This document shows, piece by piece, positions 1 to 15,718 of a DNA stretch of 64,000 nucleotides. Within the stretch, counting starts at the first letter, position 1. Each line of letters starts with the position of its first letter. The notes under the pieces are model-generated. The model had not been told where the DNA came from. It saw only the letters and a list, made by a program, of their open reading frames with translations, and made no database searches. The stretch is from Eledone cirrhosa (Eukaryota), in assembly GCA_964016885.1 (NCBI GenBank), contig OZ024740.1, forward strand, positions 37,944,001 through 38,008,000, written 5' to 3'. Made by a program: the position numbers and the translations under genes.

Positions 1-3000
1 AACAATGGTCCTATGGTTTATTACAGTTAAAAGACAGTATAGTTTGTGACAATACCTAGGTTTTAACAATGGTCTTATGGTTTATTAGTTAAAAGACAGT
101 ATAGTTTGTGACAATACCTAGGTTTAAACAATGGTCCTATGGTTTATTACAGTTAAAAGACAGTATAGTTTGTGACTATACCTAGGTTTAAACAATGGTC
201 CTATGGTTTATTACAGTTAAAAGACAGTATAGTTTGTGACAATACCTAGGTTTAAACAATGGTCCTATGGTTTATTACAGTTAAAAGACAGTATAGTTTG
301 TGACAATATCTAGGTTTTAACAATGGTCCTATGGTTTATTACAGTTAAAAGACAGTATAGTTTGTGACAATACCTAGGTTTAAACAATGGTCCTATGGTT
401 TATTACTGTTAAAAGACAGTATAGTTTGTGACTATACCTAGGTTTAAACAATGGTCCTATGTTTTATTACAGTTAAAAGACAGTATAGTGTGTGACAATA
501 CCTAGGTTTAAACAATGGTCCTATGGTTTATTACGGTAAAAAGACAGTATAGTTTGTGACAATACCTAGGTTTTAACAATGGTCCTATGGTTTATTAGTT
601 AAAAGACAGTATAGTTTGTGACAATACCTAGGTTTAAACAATGGTCCTATGGTTTATTACAGTTAAAAGACAGTATAGATTGTGACAATACCTAGGTTTA
701 AATAATGGTCCTATGGTTTATTACAGTTAAAAGACAGTATAGTTTGTGACAATACCTAGGTTTAAACAATGGTCCTATGGTTTATTACAGTTAAAAGACA
801 GTATAGTTTGTGACAATATCTAGGTTTAAACAATGGTCCTATGGTTTATTACAGTTAAAAGACAGTATAGTTTGTGACAATATCTAGGTTTAAACAATGG
901 TCCTATGGTTTATTACAGTTAAAAGACAGTATAGTTTGTGACAATACCTAGGTTTAAACAATGGTCCTATGGTTTATTACAGTTAAAAGACAGTATAGTT
1001 TGTGACAATACCTAGGTTTAAACAATGGTCCTATGGTTTATTACAGTTAAAAGACAGTATAGTTTGTGACAATATCTAGGTTTAAACAATGGTCCTATGG
1101 TTTATTATAGTTAAAAGACAGTATAGTTTGTGACAATACCTAGGTTTAAACAATGGTCCTATGGTTTATTACAGTTAAAAGACAGTATAGTTTGTGACAA
1201 TACCTAGGTTTTAACAATGGTCCTATGGTTTATTACAGTTAAAAGACAGTATAGTTTGTGACAATACCTAGGTTTTAACAATGGTCCTATGGTTTATTAC
1301 AGTTAAAAGACAGTATAGTTTGTGACAATACCTAGGTTTTAACAATGGTCCTATGGTTTATTAGTTAAAAGACAGTATAGTTTGTGACAATATCTAGGTT
1401 TTAACAATGGTCCTATGGTTTATTAGTTAAAAGACAGTATAGTTTGTGACAATACGTAGGTTTTAACAATGGTCCTATGGTTTATTAGTTAAAAGACAGT
1501 ATAGTTTGTGACAATACCTAGGTTTAAACAATGGTCCTATGGTTTATTACAGTTAAATGACAGTATAGTTTGTGACAATACCTAGGTTTTAACAATGGTC
1601 CTATGGTTTATTACAGTTAAAAGACAGTATAGTTTGTGACAATACCTAGGTTTAAACAATGGTCCTATGGTTTATTACAGTTAAAAGACAGTATAGTGTG
1701 TGACAATACCTAGGTTTAAACAATGGTCTTATGGTTTATTACAGTTAAAAGACTATAATTTGTGACAATACCTAGGTTTAAACAATGGTCCTGTGGTTTA
1801 TTACAGTTAAAAGACAGTATAGTGTGTGACAATACCTAGGTTTAAACAATGGTCCTATGGTTTATTACGGTAAAAAGACAGTATAGTTTGTGACAATATC
1901 TAGGTTTTAACAATGGTCCTATGGTTTATTACAGTTAAAAGACAGTATAGTTTGTGACAATACCTAGGTTTAAACAATGGTCCTATGGTTTATTACTGTT
2001 AAAAGACAGTATAGTTTGTGACTATACCTAGGTTTAAACAAAGGTCCTATGGTTTATTACAGTTAAAAGACAGTATAGTGTGTGACAATACCTAGGTTTA
2101 AACAATGGTCCTATGGTTTATTACGGTAAAAAGACAGTATAGTTTGTGACAATACCTAGGTTTTAACAATGGTCCTATGGTTTATTAGTTAAAAGACAGT
2201 ATAGTTTGTGACAATACCTAGGTTTAAACAATGGTCCTATGGTTTATTACAGTTAAAAGACAGTATAGATTGTGACAATACCTAGGTTTAAACAATGGTC
2301 CTATGGTTTATTACAGTTAAAAGACAATATAGTTTGTGACAATACCTAGGTTTAAACAATGGTCCTATGGTTTATTACAGTTGAAAGACAGTATAGTTTG
2401 TGACAATATCTAGGTTTAAACAATGGTCCTATGGTTTATTACAGTTAAAAGACAGTATAGTTTGTGACAATACCTAGGTTTAAACAATGGTCCTATGGTT
2501 TATTACAGTTAAAAGACAGTATAGTTTGTGACAATACCTAGGTTTAAACAATGGTCCTATGGTTTATTACAGTTAAAAGACAGTAAAGTTTGTGACAATA
2601 CCAAGGTTTTAACAATGGTCCTATGGTTTATTACAGTTAAAAGACAGTATAGTTTGTGACAATACCTAGGTTTAAACAATGGTCCTATGGTTTATTACAG
2701 TTAAAAGACAGTATAGTTTGTGCCAATACCTAGGTTTAAACAATGGTCCTATGGTTTATTACAGTTAAAAGACAGTATAGTTTGTGACAATACCTAGGTT
2801 TAAACAATGGTCCTCTGGTTGATTACAGTTAAAAGACAGTATAGTTTGTGACAATACCTAGGTTTTAACAATGGTCTTATGGTTTATTACAGTTAAAAGA
2901 CTGTATAGTTTGTGACAATACCTAGGTTTTAACAATGGTCCTATGGTTTATTACAGTTAAAAGACAGTATAGTTTGTGACAATATCTAGGTTTTAACAAT

Positions 3001-6000
3001 GGTCCTATGGTTTATTACAGTTAAAAGACAGTATAGTTTGTGCCAATACCTAGGTTTAAACAATGGTCCTATGGTTTATTACAGTTAAAAGACAGTATAG
3101 TTTGTGCCAATACCTAGGTTTAAACAATGGTCCTATGGTTTATTACAGTTAAAAGACAGTATAGTTTGTGCCAATACCTAGGTTTAAACAATGGTCCTTT
3201 GGTTTATTACAGTTAAAAGACAGTATAGTTTGTGACAATACCTAGGTTTAAACAATGGTCCTATGGTTTATTACACTTAAAAGACAGTATAGTTTGTGAC
3301 AATACCTAGGTTTAAACAATGGTCCTATGGTTTATTACAGTTAAAAGACAGTATAGTTTGTGACAATACCTAGGTTTAAACAATGGTCTTTGGTTTATTA
3401 CAGTTAAAAGACAGTATAGTTTGTGCCAATACCTAGGTTTAAACAATGGTCCTATGGTTTATTACAGTTAAAAGACAGTATAGTTTGTGACAATACCTAG
3501 GTTTAAACAATGGTCCTATGGTTTATTACGGTAAAAAGACAGTATAGTTTGTGACAATACCTAGGTTTAAACAATGGTCCTATGGTTTATTACAGTTAAA
3601 AGACAGTATAGTTTGTGACAATACCTAGGTTTAAACAATGGTCCTATGGTTTATTACAGTTAAAAGACAGTATAGTTTGTGACAATACCTAGGTTTTAAC
3701 AATGGTCCTATGGTTTATTACAGTTAAAAGACAGTATAGTTTGTGACAATACCTAGGTTTTAACAATGGTCCTATGGTTTATTACAGTTAAAAGACAGTA
3801 TAGTTTGTGACAATACCTAGGTTTTAACAATGGTCCTATGGTTTATTAGTTAAAAGACAGTATAGTTTGTGACAATATCTAGGTTTTAACAATGGTCCTA
3901 TGGTTTATTAGTTAAAAGACAGTATAGTTTGTGACAATACGTAGGTTTTAACAATGGTCCTATGGTTTATTAGTTAAAAGACAGTATAGTTTGTGACAAT
4001 ACCTAGGTTTAAACAATGGTCCTATGGTTTATTACAGTTAAATGACAGTATAGTTTGTGACAATACCTAGGTTTTAACAATGGTCCTATGGTTTATTACA
4101 GTTAAAAGACAGTATAGTTTGTGACAATACCTAGGTTTAAACAATGGTCCTATGGTTTATTACAGTTAAAAGACAGTATAGTGTGTGACAATACCTAGGT
4201 TTAAACAATGGTCTTATGGTTTATTACAGTTAAAAGACTATAATTTGTGACAATACCTAGGTTTAAACAATGGTCCTGTGGTTTATTACAGTTAAAAGAC
4301 AGTATAGTGTGTGACAATACCTAGGTTTAAACAATGGTCCTATGGTTTATTACGGTAAAAAGACAGTATAGTTTGTGACAATATCTAGGTTTTAACAATG
4401 GTCCTATGGTTTATTACAGTTAAAAGACAGTATAGTTTGTGACAATACCTAGGTTTAAACAATGGTCCTATGGTTTATTACTGTTAAAAGACAGTATAGT
4501 TTGTGACTATACCTAGGTTTAAACAAAGGTCCTATGGTTTATTACAGTTAAAAGACAGTATAGTGTGTGACAATACCTAGGTTTAAACAATGGTCCTATG
4601 GTTTATTACGGTAAAAAGACAGTATAGTTTGTGACAATACCTAGGTTTTAACAATGGTCCTATGGTTTATTAGTTAAAAGACAGTATAGTTTGTGACAAT
4701 ATCTAGGTTTTAACAATGGTCCTATGGTTTATTAGTTAAAAGACAGTATAGTTTGTGACAATACGTAGGTTTTAACAATGGTCCTATGGTTTATTAGTTA
4801 AAAGACAGTATAGTTTGTGACAATACCTAGGTTTAAACAATGGTCGTATGGTTTATTACAGTTAAAAGACAGTATAGTTTGTGACAATACCTAGGTTTTA
4901 ACAATGGTCCTATGGTTTATTACAGTAAAAAGACAGTATAGTTTGTGACAATACCTAGGTTTAAACAATGGTCCTATGGTTTATTACAGTTAAAAGACAG
5001 TATATGGTGTGACAATACCTAGGTTTAAACAATGGTCTTATGGTTTATTACAGTTAAAAGACTATAATTTGTGACAATACCTAGGTTTAAACAATGGTCC
5101 TGTGGTTTATTACAGTTAAAAGACAGTATAGTGTGTGACAATACCTAGGTTTAAACAATGGTCCTATGGTTTATTACGGTAAAAAGACAGTATAGTTTGT
5201 GACAATACCTAGGTTTTAACAATGGTCCTATGGTTTATTAGTTAAAAGACAGTATAGTTTGTGACAATACCTAGGTTTAAACAATGGTCCTATGGTTTAT
5301 TACAGTTAAAAGAGAGTATAGTTTGTGACAATACCTAGGTTTTAAAATGGTCCTATGGTTTATTAGTTAGACAGTATAGTTTGTGACAATACCTAGGTTT
5401 AAACAATGGTCCTATGGTTTATTACAGTTAAAAGACAGTATAGTTTGTGACAATACCGAGGTTTTAACAATGGTCTTATGGTTTATTAGTTAAAAGACAG
5501 TATAGTTTGTGACAATACCTAGGTTTAAACAATGGTCCTATGGTTTATTACAGTTAAAAGACAGTATAGTTTGTGACTATACCTAGGTTTAAACAATGGT
5601 CCTATGGTTTATTACAGTTAAAAGACAGTATAGTTTGTGACAATACCTAGGTTTAAACAATGGTCCTATGGTTTATTACAGTTAAAAGACAGTATAGTTT
5701 GTGACAATATCTAGGTTTTAACAATGGTCCTATGGTTTATTACAGTTAAAAGACAGTATAGTTTGTGACAATACCTAGGTTTAAACAATGGTCCTATGGT
5801 TTATTACTGTTAAAAGACAGTATAGTTTGTGACTATACCTAGGTTTAAACAATGGTCCTATGTTTTATTACAGTTAAAAGACAGTATAGTGTGTGACAAT
5901 ACCTAGGTTTAAACAATGGTCCTATGGTTTATTACGGTAAAAAGACAGTATAGTTTGTGACAATACCTAGGTTTTAACAATGGTCCTATGGTTTATTAGT

Positions 6001-9000
6001 TAAAAGACAGTATAGTTTGTGACAATACCTAGGTTTAAACAATGGTCCTATGGTTTATTACAGTTAAAAGACAGTATAGATTGTGACAATACCTAGGTTT
6101 AAATAATGGTCCTATGGTTTATTACAGTTAAAAGACAGTATAGTTTGTGACAATACCTAGGTTTAAACAATGGTCCTATGGTTTATTACAGTTAAAAGAC
6201 AGTATAGTTTGTGACAATACCTAGGTTTAAATAATGGTCCTATGGTTTATTACAGTTAAAAGACAGTATAGTTTGTGACAATATCTAGGTTTAAACAATG
6301 GTCCTATGGTTTATTACAGTTAAAAGACAGTATAGTTTGTGACAATACCTAGGTTTAAACAATGGTCCTATGGTTTATTACAGTTAAAAGACAGTATAGT
6401 TTGTGACAATACCTAGGTTTAAACAATGGTCCTATGGTTTATTACAGTTAAAAGACAGTATAGTTTGTGACAATATCTAGGTTTAAACAATGGTCCTATG
6501 GTTTATTATAGTTAAAAGACAGTATAGTTTGTGACAATACCTAGGTTTAAACAATGGTCCTATGGTTTATTACAGTTAAAAGACAGTATAGTTTGTGACA
6601 ATACCTAGGTTTTAACAATGGTCCTATGGTTTATTACAGTTAAAAGACAGTATAGTTTGTGACAATACCTAGGTTTTAACAATGGTCCTATGGTTTATTA
6701 CAGTTAAAAGACAGTATAGTTTGTGACAATACCTAGGTTTTAACAATGGTCCTATGGTTTATTAGTTAAAAGACAGTATAGTTTGTGACAATATCTAGGT
6801 TTTAACAATGGTCCTATGGTTTATTAGTTAAAAGACAGTATAGTTTGTGACAATACGTAGGTTTTAACAATGGTCCTATGGTTTATTAGTTAAAAGACAG
6901 TATAGTTTGTGACAATACCTAGGTTTAAACAATGGTCCTATGGTTTATTACAGTTAAATGACAGTATAGTTTGTGACAATACCTAGGTTTTAACAATGGT
7001 CCTATGGTTTATTACAGTTAAAAGACAGTATAGTTTGTGACAATACCTAGGTTTAAACAATGGTCCTATGGTTTATTACAGTTAAAAGACAGTATAGTGT
7101 GTGACAATACCTAGGTTTAAACAATGGTCTTATGGTTTATTACAGTTAAAAGACTATAATTTGTGACAATACCTAGGTTTAAACAATGGTCCTGTGGTTT
7201 ATTACAGTTAAAAGACAGTATAGTGTGTGACAATACCTAGGTTTAAACAATGGTCCTATGGTTTATTACGGTAAAAAGACAGTATAGTTTGTGACAATAT
7301 CTAGGTTTTAACAATGGTCCTATGGTTTATTACAGTTAAAAGACAGTATAGTTTGTGACAATACCTAGGTTTAAACAATGGTCCTATGGTTTATTACTGT
7401 TAAAAGACAGTATAGTTTGTGACTATACCTAGGTTTAAACAAAGGTCCTATGGTTTATTACAGTTAAAAGACAGTATAGTGTGTGACAATACCTAGGTTT
7501 AAACAATGGTCCTATGGTTTATTACAGTTAAAAGACAGTATAGTTTGTGACAATACCTAGGTTTAAACAATGGTCCTATGGTTTATTACAGTTAAAAGAC
7601 AGTATAGTTTGTGCCAATACCTAGGTTTAAACAATGGTCCTATGGTTTATTACAGTTAAAAGACAGTATAGTTTGTGACAATACCTAGGTTTAAACAATG
7701 GTCCTCTGGTTGATTACAGTTAAAAGACAGTATAGTTTGTGACAATACCTAGGTTTTAACAATGGTCTTATGGTTTATTACAGTTAAAAGACTGTATAGT
7801 TTGTGACAATACCTAGGTTTTAACAATGGTCCTATGGTTTATTACAGTTAAAAGACAGTATAGTTTGTGACAATATCTAGGTTTTAACAATGGTCCTATG
7901 GTTTATTACAGTTAAAAGACAGTATAGTTTGTGCCAATACCTAGGTTTAAACAATGGTCCTATGGTTTATTACAGTTAAAAGACAGTATAGTTTGTGCCA
8001 ATACCTAGGTTTAAACAATGGTCCTATGGTTTATTACAGTTAAAAGACAGTATAGTTTGTGCCAATACCTAGGTTTAAACAATGGTCCTTTGGTTTATTA
8101 CAGTTAAAAGACAGTATAGTTTGTGACAATACCTAGGTTTAAACAATGGTCCTATGGTTTATTACACTTAAAAGACAGTATAGTTTGTGACAATACCTAG
8201 GTTTAAACAATGGTCCTATGGTTTATTACAGTTAAAAGACAGTATAGTTTGTGACAATACCTAGGTTTAAACAATGGTCTTTGGTTTATTACAGTTAAAA
8301 GACAGTATAGTTTGTGCCAATACCTAGGTTTAAACAATGGTCCTATGGTTTATTACAGTTAAAAGACAGTATAGTTTGTGACAATACCTAGGTTTAAACA
8401 ATGGTCCTATGGTTTATTACGGTAAAAAGACAGTATAGTTTGTGACAATACCTAGGTTTAAACAATGGTCCTATGGTTTATTACAGTTAAAAGACAGTAT
8501 AGTTTGTGACAATACCTAGGTTTAAACAATGGTCCTATGGTTTATTACAGTTAAAAGACAGTATAGTTTGTGACAATACCTAGGTTTTAACAATGGTCCT
8601 ATGGTTTATTACAGTTAAAAGACAGTATAGTTTGTGACAATACCTAGGTTTTAACAATGGTCCTATGGTTTATTACAGTTAAAAGACAGTATAGTTTGTG
8701 ACAATACCTAGGTTTTAACAATGGTCCTATGGTTTATTAGTTAAAAGACAGTATAGTTTGTGACAATATCTAGGTTTTAACAATGGTCCTATGGTTTATT
8801 AGTTAAAAGACAGTATAGTTTGTGACAATACGTAGGTTTTAACAATGGTCCTATGGTTTATTAGTTAAAAGACAGTATAGTTTGTGACAATACCTAGGTT
8901 TAAACAATGGTCCTATGGTTTATTACAGTTAAATGACAGTATAGTTTGTGACAATACCTAGGTTTTAACAATGGTCCTATGGTTTATTACAGTTAAAAGA

Positions 9001-12000
9001 CAGTATAGTTTGTGACAATACCTAGGTTTAAACAATGGTCCTATGGTTTATTACAGTTAAAAGACAGTATAGTGTGTGACAATACCTAGGTTTAAACAAT
9101 GGTCTTATGGTTTATTACAGTTAAAAGACTATAATTTGTGACAATACCTAGGTTTAAACAATGGTCCTGTGGTTTATTACAGTTAAAAGACAGTATAGTG
9201 TGTGACAATACCTAGGTTTAAACAATGGTCCTATGGTTTATTACGGTAAAAAGACAGTATAGTTTGTGACAATATCTAGGTTTTAACAATGGTCCTATGG
9301 TTTATTACAGTTAAAAGACAGTATAGTTTGTGACAATACCTAGGTTTAAACAATGGTCCTATGGTTTATTACTGTTAAAAGACAGTATAGTTTGTGACTA
9401 TACCTAGGTTTAAACAAAGGTCCTATGGTTTATTACAGTTAAAAGACAGTATAGTGTGTGACAATACCTAGGTTTAAACAATGGTCCTATGGTTTATTAC
9501 GGTAAAAAGACAGTATAGTTTGTGACAATACCTAGGTTTTAACAATGGTCCTATGGTTTATTAGTTAAAAGACAGTATAGTTTGTGACAATACCTAGGTT
9601 TAAACAATGGTCCTATGGTTTATTACAGTTAAAAGACAGTATAGATTGTGACAATACCTAGGTTTAAACAATGGTCCTATGGTTTATTACAGTTAAAAGA
9701 CAGTATAGTTTGTGACAATACCTAGGTTTAAACAATGGTCCTATGGTTTATTACAGTTAAAAGACAGTAAAGTTTGTGACAATACCAAGGTTTTAACAAT
9801 GGTCCTATGGTTTATTACAGTTAAAAGACAGTATAGTTTGTGACAATACCTAGGTTTAAACAATGGTCCTATGGTTTATTACAGTTAAAAGACAGTATAG
9901 TTTGTGCCAATACCTAGGTTTAAACAATGGTCCTATGGTTTATTACAGTTAAAAGACAGTATAGTTTGTGACAATACCTAGGTTTAAACAATGGTCCTCT
10001 GGTTGATTACAGTTAAAAGACAGTATAGTTTGTGACAATAGCTAGGTTTTAACAATGGTCTTATGGTTTATTACAGTTAAAAGACTGTATAGTTTGTGAC
10101 AATACCTAGGTTTTAACAATGGTCCTATGGTTTGTTACAGTTAAAAGACAGTATAGTTTGTGACAATATCTAGGTTTTAACAATGGTCCTATGGTTTATT
10201 ACAGTTAAAAGACAGTATAGTTTGTGCCAATACCTAGGTTTAAACAATGGTCCTATGGTTTATTACAGTTAAAAGACAGTATAGTTTGTGCCAATACCTA
10301 GGTTTAAACAATGGTCCTATGGTTTATTACAGTTAAAAGACAGTATAGTTTGTGCCAATACCTAGGTTTAAACAATGGTCCTATGGTTTATTACAGTTAA
10401 AAGACAGTATAGTTTGTGACAATACCTAGGTTTAAACAATGGTCCTATGGTTTATTACACTTAAAAGACAGTATAGTTTGTGACAATACCTAGGTTTAAA
10501 CAATGGTCCTATGGTTTATTACAGTTAAAAGACAGTATAGTTTGTGACAATACCTAGGTTTAAACAATGGTCTTTGGTTTATTACAGTTAAAAGACAGTA
10601 TAGTTTGTGCCAATACCTAGGTTTAAACAATGGTCCTATGGTTTATTACAGTTAAAAGACAGTATAGTTTGTGACAATACCTAGGTTTAAACAATGGTCC
10701 TATGGTTTATTACGGTAAAAAGACAGTATAGTTTGTGACAATACCTAGGTTTAAACAATGGTCCTATGGTTTATTACAGTTAAAAGACAGTATAGTTTGT
10801 GACAATACCTAGGTTTAAACAATGGTCCTATGGTTTATTACAGTTAAAAGACAGTATAGTTTGTGACAATACCTAGGTTTAAACAATGGTCCTATGGTTT
10901 ATTACAGTTAAAAGACAGTATAGTTTGTGACAATACCTAGGTTTAAACAATGGTCCTATGGTTTATTACAGTTAAAAGACAGTATAGTTTGTGACAATAC
11001 CTAGGTTTTAACAATGGTCCTATGGTTTATTACAGTTAAAAGACAGTATAGTTTGTGACAATACCTAGGTTTAAACAATGGTCCTATGGTTTATTACGGT
11101 AAAAAGACAGTATAGTTTGTGACAATACCTAGGTTTAAACAATGGTCCTATGGTTTATTACAGTTAAAAGACAGTATAGTTTGTGACAATACCTAGGTTT
11201 AAACAATGGTCCTATGGTTTATTACAGTTAAAAGACAGTATAGTTTGTGACAATACCTAGGTTTAAACAATGGTCCTATGGTTTATTACAGTTAAAAGAC
11301 AGTATAGTTTGTGACAATACCTAGGTTTTAACAATGGTCTTATGGTTTATTACAGTTAAAAGACAGTATAGTTTGTGACAATACCTAGGTTTTAACAATG
11401 GTCCTATGGTTTATTACAGTTAAAAGACAGTATAGTTTGTGACAATACCTAGGTTTAAACAATGGTCGTATGGTTTATTACAGTTAAAAGACAGTATAGT
11501 TTGTGCCAATACCTAGGTTTAAACAATGGTCCTATGGTTTATTACAGTTAAAAGACAGTATAGTTTGTGACAATACCTAGGTTTAAATAATGGTCCTATG
11601 GTTTATTACAGTTAAAAGACAGTATAGTTTGTGACAATACCTAGGTTTAAACAATGGTCCTATGGTTTATTACAGTTAAAAGACAGTATAGTTTGTGCCA
11701 ATACCTAGGTTTAAACAATGGTCCTATGGTTTATTACAGTTAAAAGACAGTATAGTTTGTGCCAATACCTAGGTTTAAACAATGGTCCTATGGTTTATTA
11801 CAGTTAAAAGACAGTATAGTTTGTGACAATACCTAGGTTTAAACAATGGTCCTATGGTTTATTACACTTAAAAGACAGTATAGTTTGTGACAATACCTAG
11901 GTTTAAACAATGGTCCTATGGTTTATTACAGTTAAAAGACAGTATAGTTTGTGACAATACCTAGGTTTAAACAATGGTCCTATGGTTTATTACAGTTAAA

Positions 12001-15000
12001 AGACAGTATAGTTTGTGCCAATACCTAGGTTTAAACAATGGTCCTATGGTTTATTACAATTAAAAGACAGTATAGTTTGTGACAATACCTAGGTTTAAAC
12101 AATGGTCCTATGGTTTATTACAGTTAAAAGACAGTATAGTTTGTGCCAATACCTAGGTTTTAACAATGGTCCTATGGTTTATTACAGTTAAAAGACAGTA
12201 TAGTTTGTGACAATACCTAGGTTTAAACAATGGTCCTATGGTTTATTACAGTTAAAAGACAGTATAGTTTGTGACAATACCTAGGTTTTAACAATGGTCT
12301 TATGGTTTATTACAGTTAAAAGATAGTATAGTTTGCGACAATACCTAGGTTTTAACAATGGTCCTATGGTTTATTACAGTTAAAAGACAGTATAGTTTGT
12401 GACAATATCTAGGTTTTAACAATGGTCCTATGGTTTATTACAGTTAAAAGACAGTATAGTTTGTGACAATACCTAGGTTTAAACAATGGTCCTATGGTTT
12501 ATTACAGTTAAAAGACAGTATAGTTTGTGACAATACCTAGGTTTTAACAATGGTCTTATGGTTTATTACAGTTAAAAGACTATATAGTTTGTGACAATAC
12601 CTAGGTTTTAACAATGGTCCTATGGTTTATTACAGTTAAAAGACAGTATAGTTTGTGACAATATCTAGGTTTTAACAATGGTCCTATGGTTTATTACAGT
12701 TAAAAGACAGTATAGTTTGTGACAATACCTAGGTTTAAACAATGGTCCTATGGTTTATTAGTTAAAAGACAGTATAGTTTGTGACAATACCTAGGTTTTA
12801 ACAATGGTCCTATGGTTTATTAGTTAAAAGACAGTATAGTTTGTGACTATACTTAGGTTTAAACAATGGTCCTATGGTTTATTACAGTTAAAAGACAGTA
12901 TAGTTTGTGACAATACCTAGGTTTAAACAATGGTCCTATGGTTTATTACAGTTAAAAGACAGTATAGTGTGTGACAATACCTAGGTTTAAACAATGGTCC
13001 TATGGTTTATTAGTTAAAAGACAGTATAGTTTGTGACAATACCTAGGTTTAAACAATGGTCCTATGGTTTATTACGGTAAAAAGACAGTATAGTTTGTGA
13101 CAATACCTAGGTTTAAACAATGGTCCTATGGTTTATTACAGTTAAAAGACAGTATAGTTTGTGACAATACCTAGGTTTTAACAATGGTCTTATGGTTTAT
13201 TACAGTTAAAAGACAGTATAGTTTGTGACAATACCTAGGTTTTAACAATGGTCCTATGGTTTATTACAGTTAAAAGACAGTATAGTTTGTGACAATATCT
13301 AGGTTTTAACAATGGTCCTATGGTTTATTACAGTTAAAAGACAGTATAGTTTGTGACAATACCTAGGTTTAAACAATGGTCCTATGGTTTATTACAGTTA
13401 AAAGACAGTATAGTTTGTGACAATACCTAGGTTTAAACAATGGTCCTATGGTTTATTACAGTTAAAAGACAGTATAGTTTGTGCCAATACCTAGGTTTTA
13501 ACAATGGTCTTATGGTTTATTACAGTTAAAAGACTGTATAGTTTGTGACAATACCTAGGTTTTAACAATGGTCCTATGGTTTATTACAGTTAAAAGACAG
13601 TATAGTTTGTGACAATATCTAGGTTTTAACAATGGTCCTATGGTTTATTACAGTTAAAAGACAGTATAGTTTGTGACAATACCTAGGTTTTAACAATGGT
13701 CTTATGGTTTATTACAGTTAAAAGACAGTATAGTTTGTGACAATACCTAGGTTTTAACAATGGTCCTATGGTTTATTACAGTTAAAAGACAGTATAGTTT
13801 GTGACAATACCTAGGTTTTAACAATGGTCCTATGGTTTATTACAGTTAAAAGACAGTATAGTTTGTGACAATACCTAGGTTTAAACAATGGTCCTATGGT
13901 TTATTACAGTTAAAAGACAGTATAGTTTATGACAATATCTAGGTTTAAACAATGGTCCTATGGTTTATTACAGTTAAAAGACAGTATAGTTTGTGACAAT
14001 ATCTAGGTTTAAACAATGGTCCTATGGTTTATTACAGTTAAAAGACTATAGTTTGTGACAATATCTAGGTTTAAACAATGGTCCTATGGTTTATTACAGT
14101 TAAAAGACAGTATAGTTTGTGACAATACCTAGGTTTTAACAATGGTCCTATGGTTTATTACAGTTAAAAGACAGTATAGTTTGTGACAATACCTAGGTTT
14201 AAACAATGGTCCTATGGTTTATTACAGTTAAAAGACAGTATGGTTTGTGACAATACCTAGGTTTAAACAATGGTCCTATGGTTTATTACAGTTAAAAGAC
14301 AGTATAGTTTGTGACAATATCTAGGTTTTAACAATGGTCCTATGGTTTATTACAGTTAAAAGACAGTATAGTTTGTGACAATACCTAGGTTTAAACAATG
14401 GTCCTATGGTTTATTACAGTTAAAAGACAGTATAGTTTGTGACAATACCTAGGTTTAAACAATGGTCCTATGGTTTATTACAGTTAAAAGACAGTATAGT
14501 TTGTGACAATACCTAGGTTTAAACAATGGTCCTATGGTTTATTACAGTTAAAAGACAGTATAGTTTGTGACAATACCTAGGTTTAAACAATGGTCCTATG
14601 GTTTATTACAGTTAAAAGACAGTATAGTTTGTGACAATACCTAGGTTTAAACAATGGTTCTATGGTTTATTACAGTTAAAAGACAGTATAGTTTGTGACA
14701 ATACCTAGGTTTAAACAATGGTCCTATGGTTTATTACAGTTAAAAGACAGTATAGTTTGTGACAATACCTAGGTTTAAACAATGGTCCTATGGTTTATTA
14801 CAGTTAAAAGACAGTATAGTTTGTGACAATACCTAGGTTTAAACAATGGTCCTATGGTTTATTACAGTTAAAAGACAGTATAGTTTGTGACAATACCTAG
14901 GTTTAAACAATGGTCCTATGGTTTATTACAGTTAAAAGACAGTATAGTTTGTGACAATATCTAGGTTTAAACAATGGTCCTATGGTTTATTACAGTTAAA

Positions 15001-15090
15001 AGACAGTATAGTTTGTGACTATACCTAGGTTTCACCAATGGTCCTATGGTTTATTACAGTTTAAAGACAGTATATAACCTTCTGTGACAA
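1..15090. repeat. 64-bp satellite array (~235 monomers, continues off the left edge), intronic in DOP1
   Basis: Consensus AACAATGGTCCTATGGTTTATTACAGTTAAAAGACAGTATAGTTTGTGACAATACCTAGGTTTA repeated head-to-tail; 62-bp deletion variants; abrupt end near 15075-15090. Confidence 0.98.
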
Positions 15091-15718
15091 CAAATCAGAC
15101 AAGAGCTACAGTTACAGTTCGTATTTAACATGGTGTTATTCAAATTTAATTTTCTTTGAAGTCAGATTACTCTAATTACTCTGGAGTTAAGTTATATACT
15201 TGATCACATCAATTAAGTCAATCTATTATAATATCCTCCCATACTTGATCAGGTCAATTGTTACCATCATCATTTAATTTACATCTTCCTTGTTAGCAAT
15301 GGTTGGAATGGCCATCAGTAACCTGTGATTAGTTTAAATATAATTCCACATACTATTAGGTTCAATTTAATCTATTATAATATTCCCCTATACTTGGCCA
15401 AGTCAATTATGTGAATCATCCTTATCCTCATTTGGGTTGGACTGGTCGTCATTAAACCAGGCTGGTATTCAATGTGGAGGAACTGATTCCATGGTGGATT
15501 AAGAGCCTACATCTCATGGTTCTGCACCCTACCAGGTACTCAAACAAGCAGGCAGCCTGTCAGAAGCAGACATATGATCCCATGCACTGCCAAATGATAT
15601 TCAATCTATTATAATATCCTCTCCTATAAAGTCAGGTCAATTACATTGATCTATTATAAATTTCTTTAATAGAAATAAAGCAGATACTAATCAGATCAAA
15701 TTGAAGAAAATTACTTAC

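Noticed and set aside
1-15090. CRISPR array or ribozyme-bearing satellite
   Set aside because: No unique spacers or cas genes and a eukaryotic context; no CUGANGA core on either strand of the monomer
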